Assembly (NCBI GenBank): GCA_902624095.1
Contig: CACNWB010000005.1
Coordinates: forward strand, 7,886-71,885
Direction: 5' to 3'
Source: an uncultured PS1 clade bacterium
GTDB taxonomy: Bacteria; Pseudomonadota; Alphaproteobacteria; RS24
DNA: 64,000 bases
The position numbers and the translations under genes are program-made. A model generated the notes under the pieces. That model worked only from the letters and a program-made list of their open reading frames with translations, ran no database searches and was not told where the DNA came from. Positions within the stretch are counted from its first letter, which is position 1, and every line of letters begins with the position of its first letter. Positions 1 to 9,061 of the stretch are shown here, piece after piece.

Positions 1-966
1 TCGGTAGACCCTCAAAAAGTTATCGAGCAATCTGGTGCCGAGATTATCCGCCTGTGGGTGATGTCGTCGGATTATAGCGAAGACACACGTGTCGGGCCCG
101 AAATTATAAAGACAAATACGGATGCCTACCGCAAAATGCGCAATTGCTTCCGGTTTCTGCTGGGCAATCTTGCGCATTTTAATGCAGATGAAAAAGTTGA
201 CCATGCCGACATGCCGGAGCTGGAACGCTATATTCTGCACCGGCTTGGTGAACTGGACGCGCTGGTTCGCGAAAATTACGAGCGCTATAATTTCCGCAAA
301 ATCTATCAGGCGCTGTTCAATTTCATGACCGTTGACTTGTCGGCATTTTATTTCGACATCAGAAAAGACACGCTTTACTGCGACCCGGCCTCCAGCCTCG
401 ACCTGCACGCCTGCCGCACGGTTCTCGACATCGCGTTTACCTGCCTGACGCGCTGGCTGGCCCCGATTTTGTGCTTCACAACGGAAGAAGTATGGCAATC
501 GCGCTACCAGGACGCCGACAATTCTGTGCATCTTGAAACTTTTACAAATATTCCCGATGTATGGCACGATGACGCGCTGGCTGAGAAATGGAACGACATT
601 CGAAACGTACGCCGCGTTGTAACCGGCGCGCTTGAAATCGAACGTCGAGAAAAGCGCATTGGCTCAAGCCTTGAGGCGGCACCGGCGGTTTATGTGTCGG
701 ACACCAATTTGCTGGAAAGCCTTGAGGGGCAGAATATGGCCGACATTTGTATCACCTCGCAGCTTGAAATTCGCGCCGATACAGCCCCCACCGAAGCCTT
801 CACGCTGGACGATGTTGCCGGCGTCGGCGTTGTGCCCTCACTGGCCGAGGGGCGCAAATGCCAGCGCTCATGGAAAGTGCTGCCGGATGTCGGATCGGTC
901 AGGGATTATCCCGATCTTAGTCCCCGCGATGCCGCTGCTGTCGCCGAGTTTGATGCAAGCGCCTGA
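1..966 (+). CDS. ileS: isoleucine--tRNA ligase, C-terminal part (5' end lies outside the window)
   Basis: The reading frame is open from base 1. The translation SVDPQKVIEQSGAEIIRLWVMSSDYSEDTRVGPEIIKTNTDAYRKMRNCFRFLLGNL is typical of the IleRS anticodon-binding/C-terminal region. It is followed by lspA, the classical ileS-lspA pair. Confidence 0.9.
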   Translation, partial: SVDPQKVIEQSGAEIIRLWVMSSDYSEDTRVGPEIIKTNTDAYRKMRNCFRFLLGNLAHFNADEKVDHADMPELERYILHRLGELDALVRENYERYNFRKIYQALFNFMTVDLSAFYFDIRKDTLYCDPASSLDLHACRTVLDIAFTCLTRWLAPILCFTTEEVWQSRYQDADNSVHLETFTNIPDVWHDDALAEKWNDIRNVRRVVTGALEIERREKRIGSSLEAAPAVYVSDTNLLESLEGQNMADICITSQLEIRADTAPTEAFTLDDVAGVGVVPSLAEGRKCQRSWKVLPDVGSVRDYPDLSPRDAAAVAEFDASA

Positions 967-1447
967 ACCAAGCTCTCGCCTGCAAAATGGGCTGGCGCTT
1001 GCCGCCGTCACCGCCGGTCTTGATCAGACATCGAAGTGGGCCATCATGCATATTCTCGATCTCGAAACCTTGCGCCGCATCGAGATATTGCCCTTTTTGG
1101 ATTTCGCCTTCATTTGGAATTATGGCATCAGTTACGGGCTTTTTAGCTCCGGCAGTGAAGCGGCGCGTTGGCTGCTCATTAGCCTGACACTGGGCGTCAC
1201 CGTCTATCTTGCCCGCGCCATGATGACAACGCCCGGTCCCTTCACGCGCCTCGGCTATGCGCTGATTATTGGCGGCGCGCTGGGCAATCTGGCTGACCGC
1301 ATCATTCACGGCGCGGTGGTCGATTTTGTTTCACTACATTATGCCGGATATTACTGGTATGTGTTCAATCTCGCAGATATATGGATTAGCTTTGGCGTCG
1401 TGCTTTTGATCTGGGGGTTTTGGCGCGAACCAGCGTCCGAAGCCTAA
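953..1447 (+). CDS. lspA: lipoprotein signal peptidase (signal peptidase II)
   Basis: LspA motifs NYGISYGLF and LGNLADRIIHGAVVDFV...FNLADIWISFG are present. I chose the ATG at 953, which overlaps the ileS stop by 14 nt. The longer tracked ORF from 632 is a shadow extension inside ileS. Confidence 0.9.
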   Translation: MQAPEPSSRLQNGLALAAVTAGLDQTSKWAIMHILDLETLRRIEILPFLDFAFIWNYGISYGLFSSGSEAARWLLISLTLGVTVYLARAMMTTPGPFTRLGYALIIGGALGNLADRIIHGAVVDFVSLHYAGYYWYVFNLADIWISFGVVLLIWGFWREPASEA

Positions 1448-1516
1448 TTTGATGGCTAAGGTGACGGCGGGCTTGAGGGTGGTTGCCAAGTTCAAATATT
1501 TGTCTATAGATAGGTA

Positions 1517-1984
1517 ATGTCTGAAGCATCCAAATTGAAAGCGATCCCCGTGTTATTCTCCACTTTCCCATTCGCCCTCGGGAAAAATAGAATTGCACTT
1601 ACCTTCGGCGCCTGCCTGATGCTGGCGGCCTGTGGTGATGATGCTTCCGACGCATTCGGCTACGGAAAATCGTCACCGGATGAATTCACCGTCATTTCAC
1701 GGCCTCCGCTTATCTTGCCCCCCGATTATAATTTGCGTCCGCCCGGCAGTGGCACAACGCGCACGGCCATTCCCAAGCCGAATGAAGTTGCCAAAATTCT
1801 TGTTCTCGGCAAAGACACAGTCACGGCCGAAAAAAACACTGCTGCCGAGGACAAACTTCTCGAAAATGCTGCCACCGCCCAGCCGACTGGCGACAGCATT
1901 CGCGAAATAATCGAAAATGAACGCACCGGAACCGTCAGCAAAAGTCCTGACCTGACCGAGACATTGACGAAAGACCAAAAGTAA
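1517..1984 (+). CDS. DUF3035-type lipoprotein
   Basis: It has a lipobox (LMLAAC) followed by SPDEFTVISRPPLILPPDYNLRPP, the conserved DUF3035 core. In alphaproteobacteria this gene often sits just after lspA. Confidence 0.7.
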   Translation: MSEASKLKAIPVLFSTFPFALGKNRIALTFGACLMLAACGDDASDAFGYGKSSPDEFTVISRPPLILPPDYNLRPPGSGTTRTAIPKPNEVAKILVLGKDTVTAEKNTAAEDKLLENAATAQPTGDSIREIIENERTGTVSKSPDLTETLTKDQK

Positions 1985-2083
1985 AATCTACTCAGTTCTT
2001 GGCGATAAGCGCGTCGGCCGATAGCTTTAGATGTGCAATCAGGCCCGGTTTTCGGGCTTTTCTTGCCGACGGGAGCCTTGCAA

Positions 2084-3337
2084 ATGTTTTCATCGTTTTT
2101 TCCCTTTCCGCGTCTCTTTTTTCCTTCCGTGATTATTTGGACCCTTGTGTGTATTGGTTGCTGGTATGGGTTTGCCGCCGACCTCAGCGTGCTGTTGGGT
2201 TCTGACGGTGAAAACCCTACCGGCGAAGTGGTAATCGGGGTGCAGCATTTCTTCACGCCCGAATATATCTGGTTCGATATTTATTACGCAGCGGCGACCG
2301 CCCTGTTCGCCTTCGCATGGCATCGTCTGCAACCGCATGCTTGGGCGGTATGGTCGATCATCGGCAGTTCGTTTCTGATTTTTCTGGCCTACACCTCCGT
2401 TCAGGTGTCGGTCGTAATTAATGCGTGGTACGGGCCATTTTACAATGATATTCAAAAAGCCCTGACGGGCGATCAGGGCGTCACCTCAGGCGATATTTAC
2501 GGGCATTTGCTGATTTTCTGCTCGATCGCGTTTCCCTATATTGGCCTGATTATTTTCCGAAATTTCTTCACCTCGCATTTTATCTTTCGCTGGCGCACAG
2601 CCATGAACGACTATTTTACGGCCCAATGGGAGCGCGTGCGTCATATTGAAGGTGCATCTCAGAGAGTGCAAGAAGACACAATGCGTTTTGCATCAATCAT
2701 GGAAACTCTGGGCATTGCCTTTGTTGACTCGATTATGACACTAATTGCCTTCATTCCGGTGCTGGCGGCCTTATCGGTTCACGTCGAGTCCATACCCGTT
2801 CTGGGCTCGGTACCCTATGCACTGGTGTTTCTGGCGCTGGCTTGGTCGGCCTTCGGCACGGCTTTGCTCATTCTGGCCGGTGTGAATTTGCCGGGGTTGG
2901 AGTTTAAAAACCAGCGCGTTGAGGCGGCCTACAGAAAAGAACTGGTATTCGGTGAAGACAATGCTGAGCGCGCCGCGCCGCCGACGCTGAGGGAATTGTT
3001 CCAAAATGTCCGCAGAAACTATTTCCGGATCTACATTCACTACACATATTTCAACCTGTTTCGCTACATGTACCTTCAGGCCGACAATGTGATCGCCTAT
3101 GTTTTTCTTGTGCCGACCATTGTCAGTGGCCAAATCACATTGGGCATTATGAACCAGATCATTCGTGCCTTCGGGCAAGTCGCCTCATCCTTCCAGTTTC
3201 TGGTGTTTTCATGGACGACAATCATCGAGCTGATATCCATCTACAAACGCCTGCAAGGTTTTGAAAACGCGATTGATGGTTTACCATTGCCACGTATTGA
3301 TGAAGAATTTATTAAAGCGGGTGAGAAGGAGATTTAG
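2084..3337 (+). CDS. bacA: SbmA/BacA family peptide/antibiotic transporter
   Basis: The N terminus MFSSFFPFPRLFF resembles E. coli SbmA MFKSFFPKPGTFF. The block FRWRTAMNDYFTAQWERVRHIEGASQRVQEDTMRFA is the SbmA/BacA signature region. The start is set at ATG 2084 rather than the tracked 2033. Confidence 0.85.
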   Translation: MFSSFFPFPRLFFPSVIIWTLVCIGCWYGFAADLSVLLGSDGENPTGEVVIGVQHFFTPEYIWFDIYYAAATALFAFAWHRLQPHAWAVWSIIGSSFLIFLAYTSVQVSVVINAWYGPFYNDIQKALTGDQGVTSGDIYGHLLIFCSIAFPYIGLIIFRNFFTSHFIFRWRTAMNDYFTAQWERVRHIEGASQRVQEDTMRFASIMETLGIAFVDSIMTLIAFIPVLAALSVHVESIPVLGSVPYALVFLALAWSAFGTALLILAGVNLPGLEFKNQRVEAAYRKELVFGEDNAERAAPPTLRELFQNVRRNYFRIYIHYTYFNLFRYMYLQADNVIAYVFLVPTIVSGQITLGIMNQIIRAFGQVASSFQFLVFSWTTIIELISIYKRLQGFENAIDGLPLPRIDEEFIKAGEKEI

Positions 3338-3343
3338 GTTCCG

Positions 3344-3790
3344 ATGGAAAATCTGTGCCAGCTACGCATAAAAACTGACCAAACCCTGTCCGAGGATTTG
3401 CGCGGGACCTCAGATAGTGAAACGGCTCGAGAACTGCGCTCCATACTCGACAGTTTTGAAGCCCGACTGGCATGCGTCTTTGACGAATTTTGCGGCTATT
3501 GCAAGGAAGCGGAGCAAAACGGCATTGAAAATTACCCGCTCTATCATTGGACAAAATCGGTAATTGACGACCCCAGAAAACAGCAAAAACACCAGCGTTC
3601 TTTCACGATTTATTTGGGCGCAGCGGCGGTTTATCCGGTCGCTTCAGCACAGGGTTTAATGGCCGCACTTGAAGCGGTCGCCAGCGGCAAAAACATCCTT
3701 GTGCAGATGGTGGATACAGACCCCAGCAAAAACCCGCAACCGCCTGCCGAGTTTATAAATACCGGTAGCGGGCAAGGTAGCGGCGCTTAG
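3344..3790 (+). CDS. hypothetical protein (148 aa)
   Basis: This is an ORF only, with no recognisable motif. Its stop is 1 nt before the rhomboid start codon, which suggests co-translation. Confidence 0.45.
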   Translation: MENLCQLRIKTDQTLSEDLRGTSDSETARELRSILDSFEARLACVFDEFCGYCKEAEQNGIENYPLYHWTKSVIDDPRKQQKHQRSFTIYLGAAAVYPVASAQGLMAALEAVASGKNILVQMVDTDPSKNPQPPAEFINTGSGQGSGA

Positions 3791-3791
3791 C

Positions 3792-4547
3792 ATGTTTTTC
3801 CTGCCTATTAGCGACGACAACCCCACCCGCCACCGGCCATGGATTTCCTATATTATCCTCGGCTCGTGCTTGTGTGTATTTTACTGGCAAATTTCGCTGG
3901 GTGCCGCCCAACAGGCAGCGATATATGGCTACGGCATGGTACCCGCGCGCCTATTCGGTGCCCCGCTTGACGCAAGCATTCCCAATCCGGTTAGCGGCTG
4001 GACAACGCTGTTTACCTCCATGTTCATGCATGGCGGGCTGATGCATTTGGGAGGCAATATGCTCTATCTGTGGATTTTTTCTGATAATGTTGAGGACAGT
4101 ATCGGGCGTGGCCGGTTCATTATTTTCTATCTTTTGTGCGGGGTGTGTGCAGCTTTTGCCCAAGCATTAACGGACCCGTCATCACCAGTGCCGATGGTTG
4201 GCGCCAGCGGTGCCATTGCCGGTGTGCTGGGAGCTTATCTGCTTCTGCATCCGCGCGCCAATATTCGCTGCATTGTTGGCATTTTGATTTTTTTCCGGGT
4301 GATGAATGTGCCGGCCTTTCTCGTGCTTGGTGGTTGGATTGTGTTGCAGTTCACGAATTTGGGGCAGGTCGGCAGCAATGTAGCTTATGTAGCACATATT
4401 GGCGGCTTTATCGCCGGCATGGTGCTTATTCCATTTTTCAAGCAGCCGCATGTGCGCCTGTTCGAGCCCGCCCACAGCAAGGCTTTTAGCGTTTCTCGCG
4501 TCAATACGCCCGCGCATATCCCAAATGTCACAAGACGCAAAAAGTAA
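3792..4547 (+). CDS. rhomboid family intramembrane serine protease
   Basis: It is a multi-TM protein with the catalytic GASGAIAGVLGAY (Ser) and HIGGFIAG (His) rhomboid motifs. Confidence 0.85.
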   Translation: MFFLPISDDNPTRHRPWISYIILGSCLCVFYWQISLGAAQQAAIYGYGMVPARLFGAPLDASIPNPVSGWTTLFTSMFMHGGLMHLGGNMLYLWIFSDNVEDSIGRGRFIIFYLLCGVCAAFAQALTDPSSPVPMVGASGAIAGVLGAYLLLHPRANIRCIVGILIFFRVMNVPAFLVLGGWIVLQFTNLGQVGSNVAYVAHIGGFIAGMVLIPFFKQPHVRLFEPAHSKAFSVSRVNTPAHIPNVTRRKK

Positions 4548-4628
4548 AAAACATAGCTTCAAAAAAATTTTAGTTTGATATGTACTTTTCTGTGATCGTT
4601 AGAAATTAGCTTATCGCAGCGAAATATC

Positions 4629-5687
4629 ATGCAAATTATGCGGAATCACGATAAACTCTCGCTTAGTATGGAGAATATATTAAATATTATTACAAATGTG
4701 GTACCGAATGATTTGTCTGCGGAAATCATCATCATAGCAGGCATTTTTTTGCTCTCAATTGCTGCAATCCTGCTTGCGGGGCAGCGCTGGCAAAGAGCTG
4801 ACGCGGCGACTAAAGCCAAGGAAGATCCCTCTGATATTGAAACAGTTATCGCTGAACTTAATTCAGAACCAGTGAGGTCCTCGTCACCTGCTGACATAGG
4901 CCAATATACGAAACCTGTTTTATCTACTGAGACAGAGACGCAAGGCTCTTTAGAAAAAGGAGATTGCCAAACATTAGAAATCACGCGCGATTTAGATTTA
5001 AGTGACGAGTCTAGTAGGTTAGCTCCAGAAAATGCATTTTCCATAGAAATTATAGAACAAAAAACCGATTTAGATTTGTCACACATCGCGCCAAATTTTG
5101 CGGCGGAACCAAAGGAAATAAAACCTGATTCGACTAGCGCGCCTCGGGAAATCACAACGTCAACCGTTCAAGACAAAATCTCGATCCCGAGACAGGGGGC
5201 CGAAGACATATCAAAAAATCTGTCTGAGTCAGATGTAAATTGTGAGACCGATGGCAAACACGACCTTTCCAAAATCGAACCTAATGTTGATTCAAAACAA
5301 GATGTCTTTGTAGAACCATCAGCTAATGAAAAAATAAATAGTGAAGCAAACGATGGCGATTATGGACGAAATGATTCTGATCTTGGAATGGTAACGCCCC
5401 ACGCGATTGCTAACGCGGTGGCAGAACTGGTCGGCAGTAGTATAGGCCAGAATTCGGACCCTAAACCTGGGGAGGAGGTGCAAGACGCGAAAAATCTTAG
5501 CTTAAAAGACACATCTCTAAAGACAGAAGTAAAACTCGACGAAAAACATAATGGCTTTGATGAGATTGAGCACCTTGCGGAGGTAGAAGGTAAAATGCGG
5601 GCTTTGCGGGAACTATTTGAGGCAGGTTTAATTGCACCCGAAGTATATTTATTAAAAGCACGTGAATATGCTTCCGAGGGACTTTAG
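4629..5687 (+). CDS. membrane-anchored, highly acidic low-complexity protein with C-terminal SHOCT-like domain
   Basis: It has one N-terminal TM segment (IIIIAGIFLLSIAAILLAG) and about 250 aa of D/E/S/K-rich sequence. The C-terminal MRALRELFEAGLIAPEVYLLKAREY fits the SHOCT short oligomerisation motif. The start could instead be the internal Met at 4668. Confidence 0.6.
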   Translation: MQIMRNHDKLSLSMENILNIITNVVPNDLSAEIIIIAGIFLLSIAAILLAGQRWQRADAATKAKEDPSDIETVIAELNSEPVRSSSPADIGQYTKPVLSTETETQGSLEKGDCQTLEITRDLDLSDESSRLAPENAFSIEIIEQKTDLDLSHIAPNFAAEPKEIKPDSTSAPREITTSTVQDKISIPRQGAEDISKNLSESDVNCETDGKHDLSKIEPNVDSKQDVFVEPSANEKINSEANDGDYGRNDSDLGMVTPHAIANAVAELVGSSIGQNSDPKPGEEVQDAKNLSLKDTSLKTEVKLDEKHNGFDEIEHLAEVEGKMRALRELFEAGLIAPEVYLLKAREYASEGL

Positions 5688-5923
5688 ATTATTTTTTATC
5701 GTGGCCGCTATGTCTAGCATTGTCGTTCATAAAGCTGTGATAGACGTAAGAGATAAGCATGTTTACGAAGTCATCTTCGCCGATACACAGTATTATATTA
5801 AGTTAATATTTGGTTTAAACGAGACATCCTTCTCCAGAGTTTAGCCTCCAAATTAAATTGAATATCTTGACCCTCCATCCGTTTTTCGGAGATCAATGTT
5901 AACAGTGCCAGCTCTGGTTCATT

Positions 5924-6313
5924 TTATTGAGGTGTTTTACGGACGCGGGATATTTGCTCAATGGCTTCTCCGATGACTTCTTTCGCAATAGTCGCCATAT
6001 TACGATTGATCCATTCTTCAATCAGCGGCTTTGTAACTTCGGCCACTGCTTGCCGAATGGTCTCTCGTGACTTTTCTGTGTCAAAAATACTTGAGTAGCG
6101 CAAAAATTCGGCACGTAACGCCACCGTTGCCTCTTCGGTAATCAATAGATCAAGTCCCTTAAGATATTGATCCATATCTTGTTCGGGAATCGTCGGTTCG
6201 CTGTTAGTTTCGCGGGCAGAAACTGCGTCACCCACTTCTTCCTCCGCATCGGAAAGAAGGGCTCGAATAGTGTTTTTATAGTCCGCCGCTGATCGCACTG
6301 AACTTGTGGACAT
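5924..6313 (-). CDS. DUF2497 / PopZ-like protein
   Basis: The N-terminal TIRALLSDAEEE resembles PopZ ILASIRRIISED. An acidic linker follows. The C-terminal TKPLIEEWINRNMATIAKEVIGEAIEQISR resembles the PopZ/DUF2497 helix LLRPLLKEWLDxNLPxIVExxVxEEVxRISR. Confidence 0.6.
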   Translation of the reverse strand: MSTSSVRSAADYKNTIRALLSDAEEEVGDAVSARETNSEPTIPEQDMDQYLKGLDLLITEEATVALRAEFLRYSSIFDTEKSRETIRQAVAEVTKPLIEEWINRNMATIAKEVIGEAIEQISRVRKTPQ

Positions 6314-6670
6314 CTGATCGCTCCTACATCGAGTTTTGCGAATCTGTAATACTTTCTATATATACAGCTGTTCGCTTAACAGGTGGCCTAAAAATGCCTC
6401 AATGGGTATCTACCTAAAAACGCAACAATAGCAGCCAAGCCATGCCCGCTATAGCTAGGAAACATCAAAAAGGTACTTTCACTAGCACCAAACTGTGATA
6501 CTTCACTCTTGCCAAGTTCATACCAAAGCGAAAAACTACACTGGCCATACTTGCAACAAATAATATTGGCAAGCGGTAGAAAATTACCTGTCCAATTACA
6601 CGCCCTCCGAGAAAGCAAGAATGCGGCCTAACGACAGTCCTCTATTTTATTCAAGCCGCAAGAAATGAGA

Positions 6671-7210
6671 TTAGTCCCAATCAACATCCCAATCCATTTC
6701 CGTCAAAAGTACGTTCGAGTCTTCTGACGGGACACAAAAATGTGTCTGGATCAGTGTGCCACTGACAGAAACAAGTACGTCGCCGGCTTCAGCACCAACG
6801 TCTATCTCCTTGCACTTTGTAACGCCGATGGAGATGGTCGATCTTGACAACTGACCGCGAATGGTTGTGTCACCAGTCCGACTTGAGTTGTAAGGATTTT
6901 CAAAGTTTGCGAACGGACCATCCACACTGCCAATAGAAGCGAGACAAGCCTGAATTGTGGATTCGGTATTAGCTTCGCTGGCATTGCACGATGTCGGATC
7001 AGCGTCTATGCCAGCGGCGCGAATCGTCTTTGTGTTCAAAACCCAATTCTGAACAGCTTTGGCGTTTGATTCTGTAGCCGATTTTTTAGCGCTTTCGAGG
7101 TAACCTTGGTAACCGACTACAACAACGAAGGTTAGAACGCCTATGACAGCAACAACAACAAGAAGCTCGATAAGACTGAAACCTACTTCATTTTTAGCGC
7201 GGATTCTCAC
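6671..7210 (-). CDS. type IV pilin / pseudopilin-like protein (prepilin-type N-terminal cleavage/methylation domain)
   Basis: The leader MRIRAKNEVG is followed by FSLIELLVVVAVIGVL, the class III signal peptide with G/F cleavage site and Glu5. The start is GTG. No pilus assembly genes occur anywhere in the window. Confidence 0.8.
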   Translation of the reverse strand: MRIRAKNEVGFSLIELLVVVAVIGVLTFVVVVGYQGYLESAKKSATESNAKAVQNWVLNTKTIRAAGIDADPTSCNASEANTESTIQACLASIGSVDGPFANFENPYNSSRTGDTTIRGQLSRSTISIGVTKCKEIDVGAEAGDVLVSVSGTLIQTHFCVPSEDSNVLLTEMDWDVDWD

Positions 7211-7244
7211 AGGAACTCCCCTCTAATACAAAACGCGCCGAGGC

Positions 7245-7258
7245 GCAAAGACCCGACC
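7245..7258 (-). promoter_or_regulatory. possible sigma-54 (-24/-12) promoter upstream of the pilin gene
   Basis: On the minus strand the site reads GGTCGGGTCTTTGC, which is GG-N10-GC with TTGC at -12. It lies about 35 nt upstream of the GTG start. The match to TGGCAC-N5-TTGC is weak. Confidence 0.2.
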
Positions 7259-7571
7259 GCCGATAGTCTAGTAAATATCCGAATTAAAAGGCAACTGCTA
7301 CGTATTTAGTGCTTTTACAATTGTGTATTCAAATTACGCAGTTTTATTAATGACTTGAAGGATAATTTTTTATAGCCTTTCAATTCACTGAAGATAAGCC
7401 GAATGCCCTTATACTGATTTTGTCCGGCCATGTTGACCTTGAGATTACTCGAGAAATTAAGTCGCCAAATAATAATACCTCCATGTTCCCAGCGAGGCGC
7501 GGACATCATTTGCAAGCTTGAAATGCGGCCTAAGTTTGGCCTAGTCTCAGTCGAGTATTTTGGAGGTGCTC

Positions 7572-8408
7572 ATGGGGCAAATTGAAGTTGTACCGGTGTC
7601 TGGGGGCGTCGGTGTTGAAATTCATAATGTCGACATTAAAACCGGAATAGATGCGGGCACATTTAAAGAATTGCGCGCGGCCTTTTTTGAACATGGACTT
7701 ATCTTCCTGCGCGATCAGGACATCACGCCTGGCGAACATATCGCTTTTGCCGAGCGCTGGGGCGAGATTAACATCAATAGGTTTTTCCCGCGTCTTGACG
7801 GTTATGATCAGATTGCAACGGTCACCAAGGAACCCGACCAGACCACGAATATTGGCGGCGGCTGGCACACCGACCATTCCTACGACCACGTGCCGGCAAT
7901 GGGCTCAATTCTGATTGCACGCGAAACACCGCCCGTGGGCGGCGACACACTTTTTGCCTGCATGTACATGGCCTATGACACTTTGTCGGACGGACTGAAG
8001 CAGACATTGGAAGACATGAAAGCTGTGCATTCCAGCAGGCATGTTTTCGGCGAACAGTCGAGCTATCGCGACATGATGAAAGACCGGTTCTCAAACCCCA
8101 AAGATGCCACCCAGGACGCCGTGCATCCGGTGGTCATCACGCACCCCGAAAGCGGGCGCAAGGCGCTTTACGTCAATCCGGGTTTTACGTTGCATTTTGA
8201 CGGTTGGACGGCGGCAGAAAGCAAGCCGCTGCTTGATTATCTATACGCCCATGCTGTGCAATTGGAACACACCACCCGCTTTCAATGGGCACCGGGCTCA
8301 ATCGCCTTCTGGGACAATCGTTGCACATGGCATTATGCACTGAACGATTATCACGGCACGCGGCGTGAAATGCACCGCATCACCATTGAGGGCTCGCCGA
8401 TAAGCTAG
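7572..8408 (+). CDS. TauD/TfdA family Fe(II)/2-oxoglutarate dioxygenase
   Basis: The blocks GGGWHTDHSY (HxD iron ligands) and WDNRCTWHYALNDY are typical of taurine dioxygenase-like enzymes. I prefer ATG 7572 to the tracked TTG 7560. Confidence 0.85.
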   Translation: MGQIEVVPVSGGVGVEIHNVDIKTGIDAGTFKELRAAFFEHGLIFLRDQDITPGEHIAFAERWGEININRFFPRLDGYDQIATVTKEPDQTTNIGGGWHTDHSYDHVPAMGSILIARETPPVGGDTLFACMYMAYDTLSDGLKQTLEDMKAVHSSRHVFGEQSSYRDMMKDRFSNPKDATQDAVHPVVITHPESGRKALYVNPGFTLHFDGWTAAESKPLLDYLYAHAVQLEHTTRFQWAPGSIAFWDNRCTWHYALNDYHGTRREMHRITIEGSPIS

Positions 8409-9007
8409 TCTTGCAACAATTCCTCGACCTGTCCGAGGCGCTCCTTACCGAAGAAAATTTCGTCATCAACAAAAAATGTCGGAATACCGAAGGCACCCCT
8501 GTCGACGGCTTCCTGAGTATTAGAAATCAATTTTGCTTTAACTTCATCGGAAGCCATCTGCTCAAAAATTTTGTCGGCGTCAAAGCCTGCATCTGAAAAG
8601 GCGGCTTTTAAAACCTCTGGATCATCCATCTTTAATTCTTTTTCCCACATGCAGGGCAACATAGCTTCGATAAATTCCATCAAGTAGCCGTCTATATCAG
8701 CAGCAACGGCGGCGCGCATTAGCTGCAACGTAATAATTGGGAAATTCGGATTCATCTTAAACTCGTCGATAGCGTGTTTTTTGATGAACCTATCTATTTC
8801 AATAGAGTCATATGCCATTTTTAAGGGAATATCTGCAAAGGCCACCATTGGCGCTTGATTATTTGATAACTTGTGAATACCGCCCAGAAGGCACGGTTTA
8901 TAAACGAACTTAGCCCCCGTGCGCGCCTCAATATCTGGTATCACTTTATGGCAAAAATATCCGTTAGGGCTTGCAAAATCGAATATAAAGTCAACAGTCT
9001 TGCTCAT
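8405..9007 (-). CDS. DsbA-family 2-hydroxychromene-2-carboxylate isomerase-like protein
   Basis: The N terminus VDFIFDFASPNGYF and the C terminus AVDRGAFGIPTFFVDDEIFFGKERL are characteristic of HCCA isomerase / DsbA-like thioredoxin-fold proteins. It shares a CTAG stop overlap with the convergent tauD-like gene. Confidence 0.8.
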   Translation of the reverse strand: MSKTVDFIFDFASPNGYFCHKVIPDIEARTGAKFVYKPCLLGGIHKLSNNQAPMVAFADIPLKMAYDSIEIDRFIKKHAIDEFKMNPNFPIITLQLMRAAVAADIDGYLMEFIEAMLPCMWEKELKMDDPEVLKAAFSDAGFDADKIFEQMASDEVKAKLISNTQEAVDRGAFGIPTFFVDDEIFFGKERLGQVEELLQD

Positions 9008-9061
9008 CTAACTCCTCCACTTGCAAATTAAGAGTAACCGTCAAGCATAAAACCTATGGCG

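Noticed and set aside
632-952. The long N-terminal extension of the lspA ORF overlapping ileS in another frame.
   Set aside because: The LspA homology begins only after the Met at 953. The extension lies inside the ileS coding sequence, so I treat it as an ORF-caller artefact.
6388-6618. A 76-aa minus-strand ORF in the gap between the PopZ-like gene and the pilin gene.
   Set aside because: It has no RBS and no recognisable motif. Its odd composition (Cys/Phe/Trp-rich) fits random AT-rich sequence. I leave it as non-coding.
6620-7533. A 12-bp direct repeat, AATGCGGCCTAA (6620-6631 and 7522-7533, each preceded by GCAAG within 5 nt), flanking the orphan pilin gene. It might be att-like ends or a target-site duplication.
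   Set aside because: Roughly 4 such 12-mer pairs within 1 kb are expected by chance in a 64-kb window. No integrase or transposase is present and no terminal inverted repeats are visible. It is worth re-checking only if comparative genomics shows that the pilin cassette is variable.
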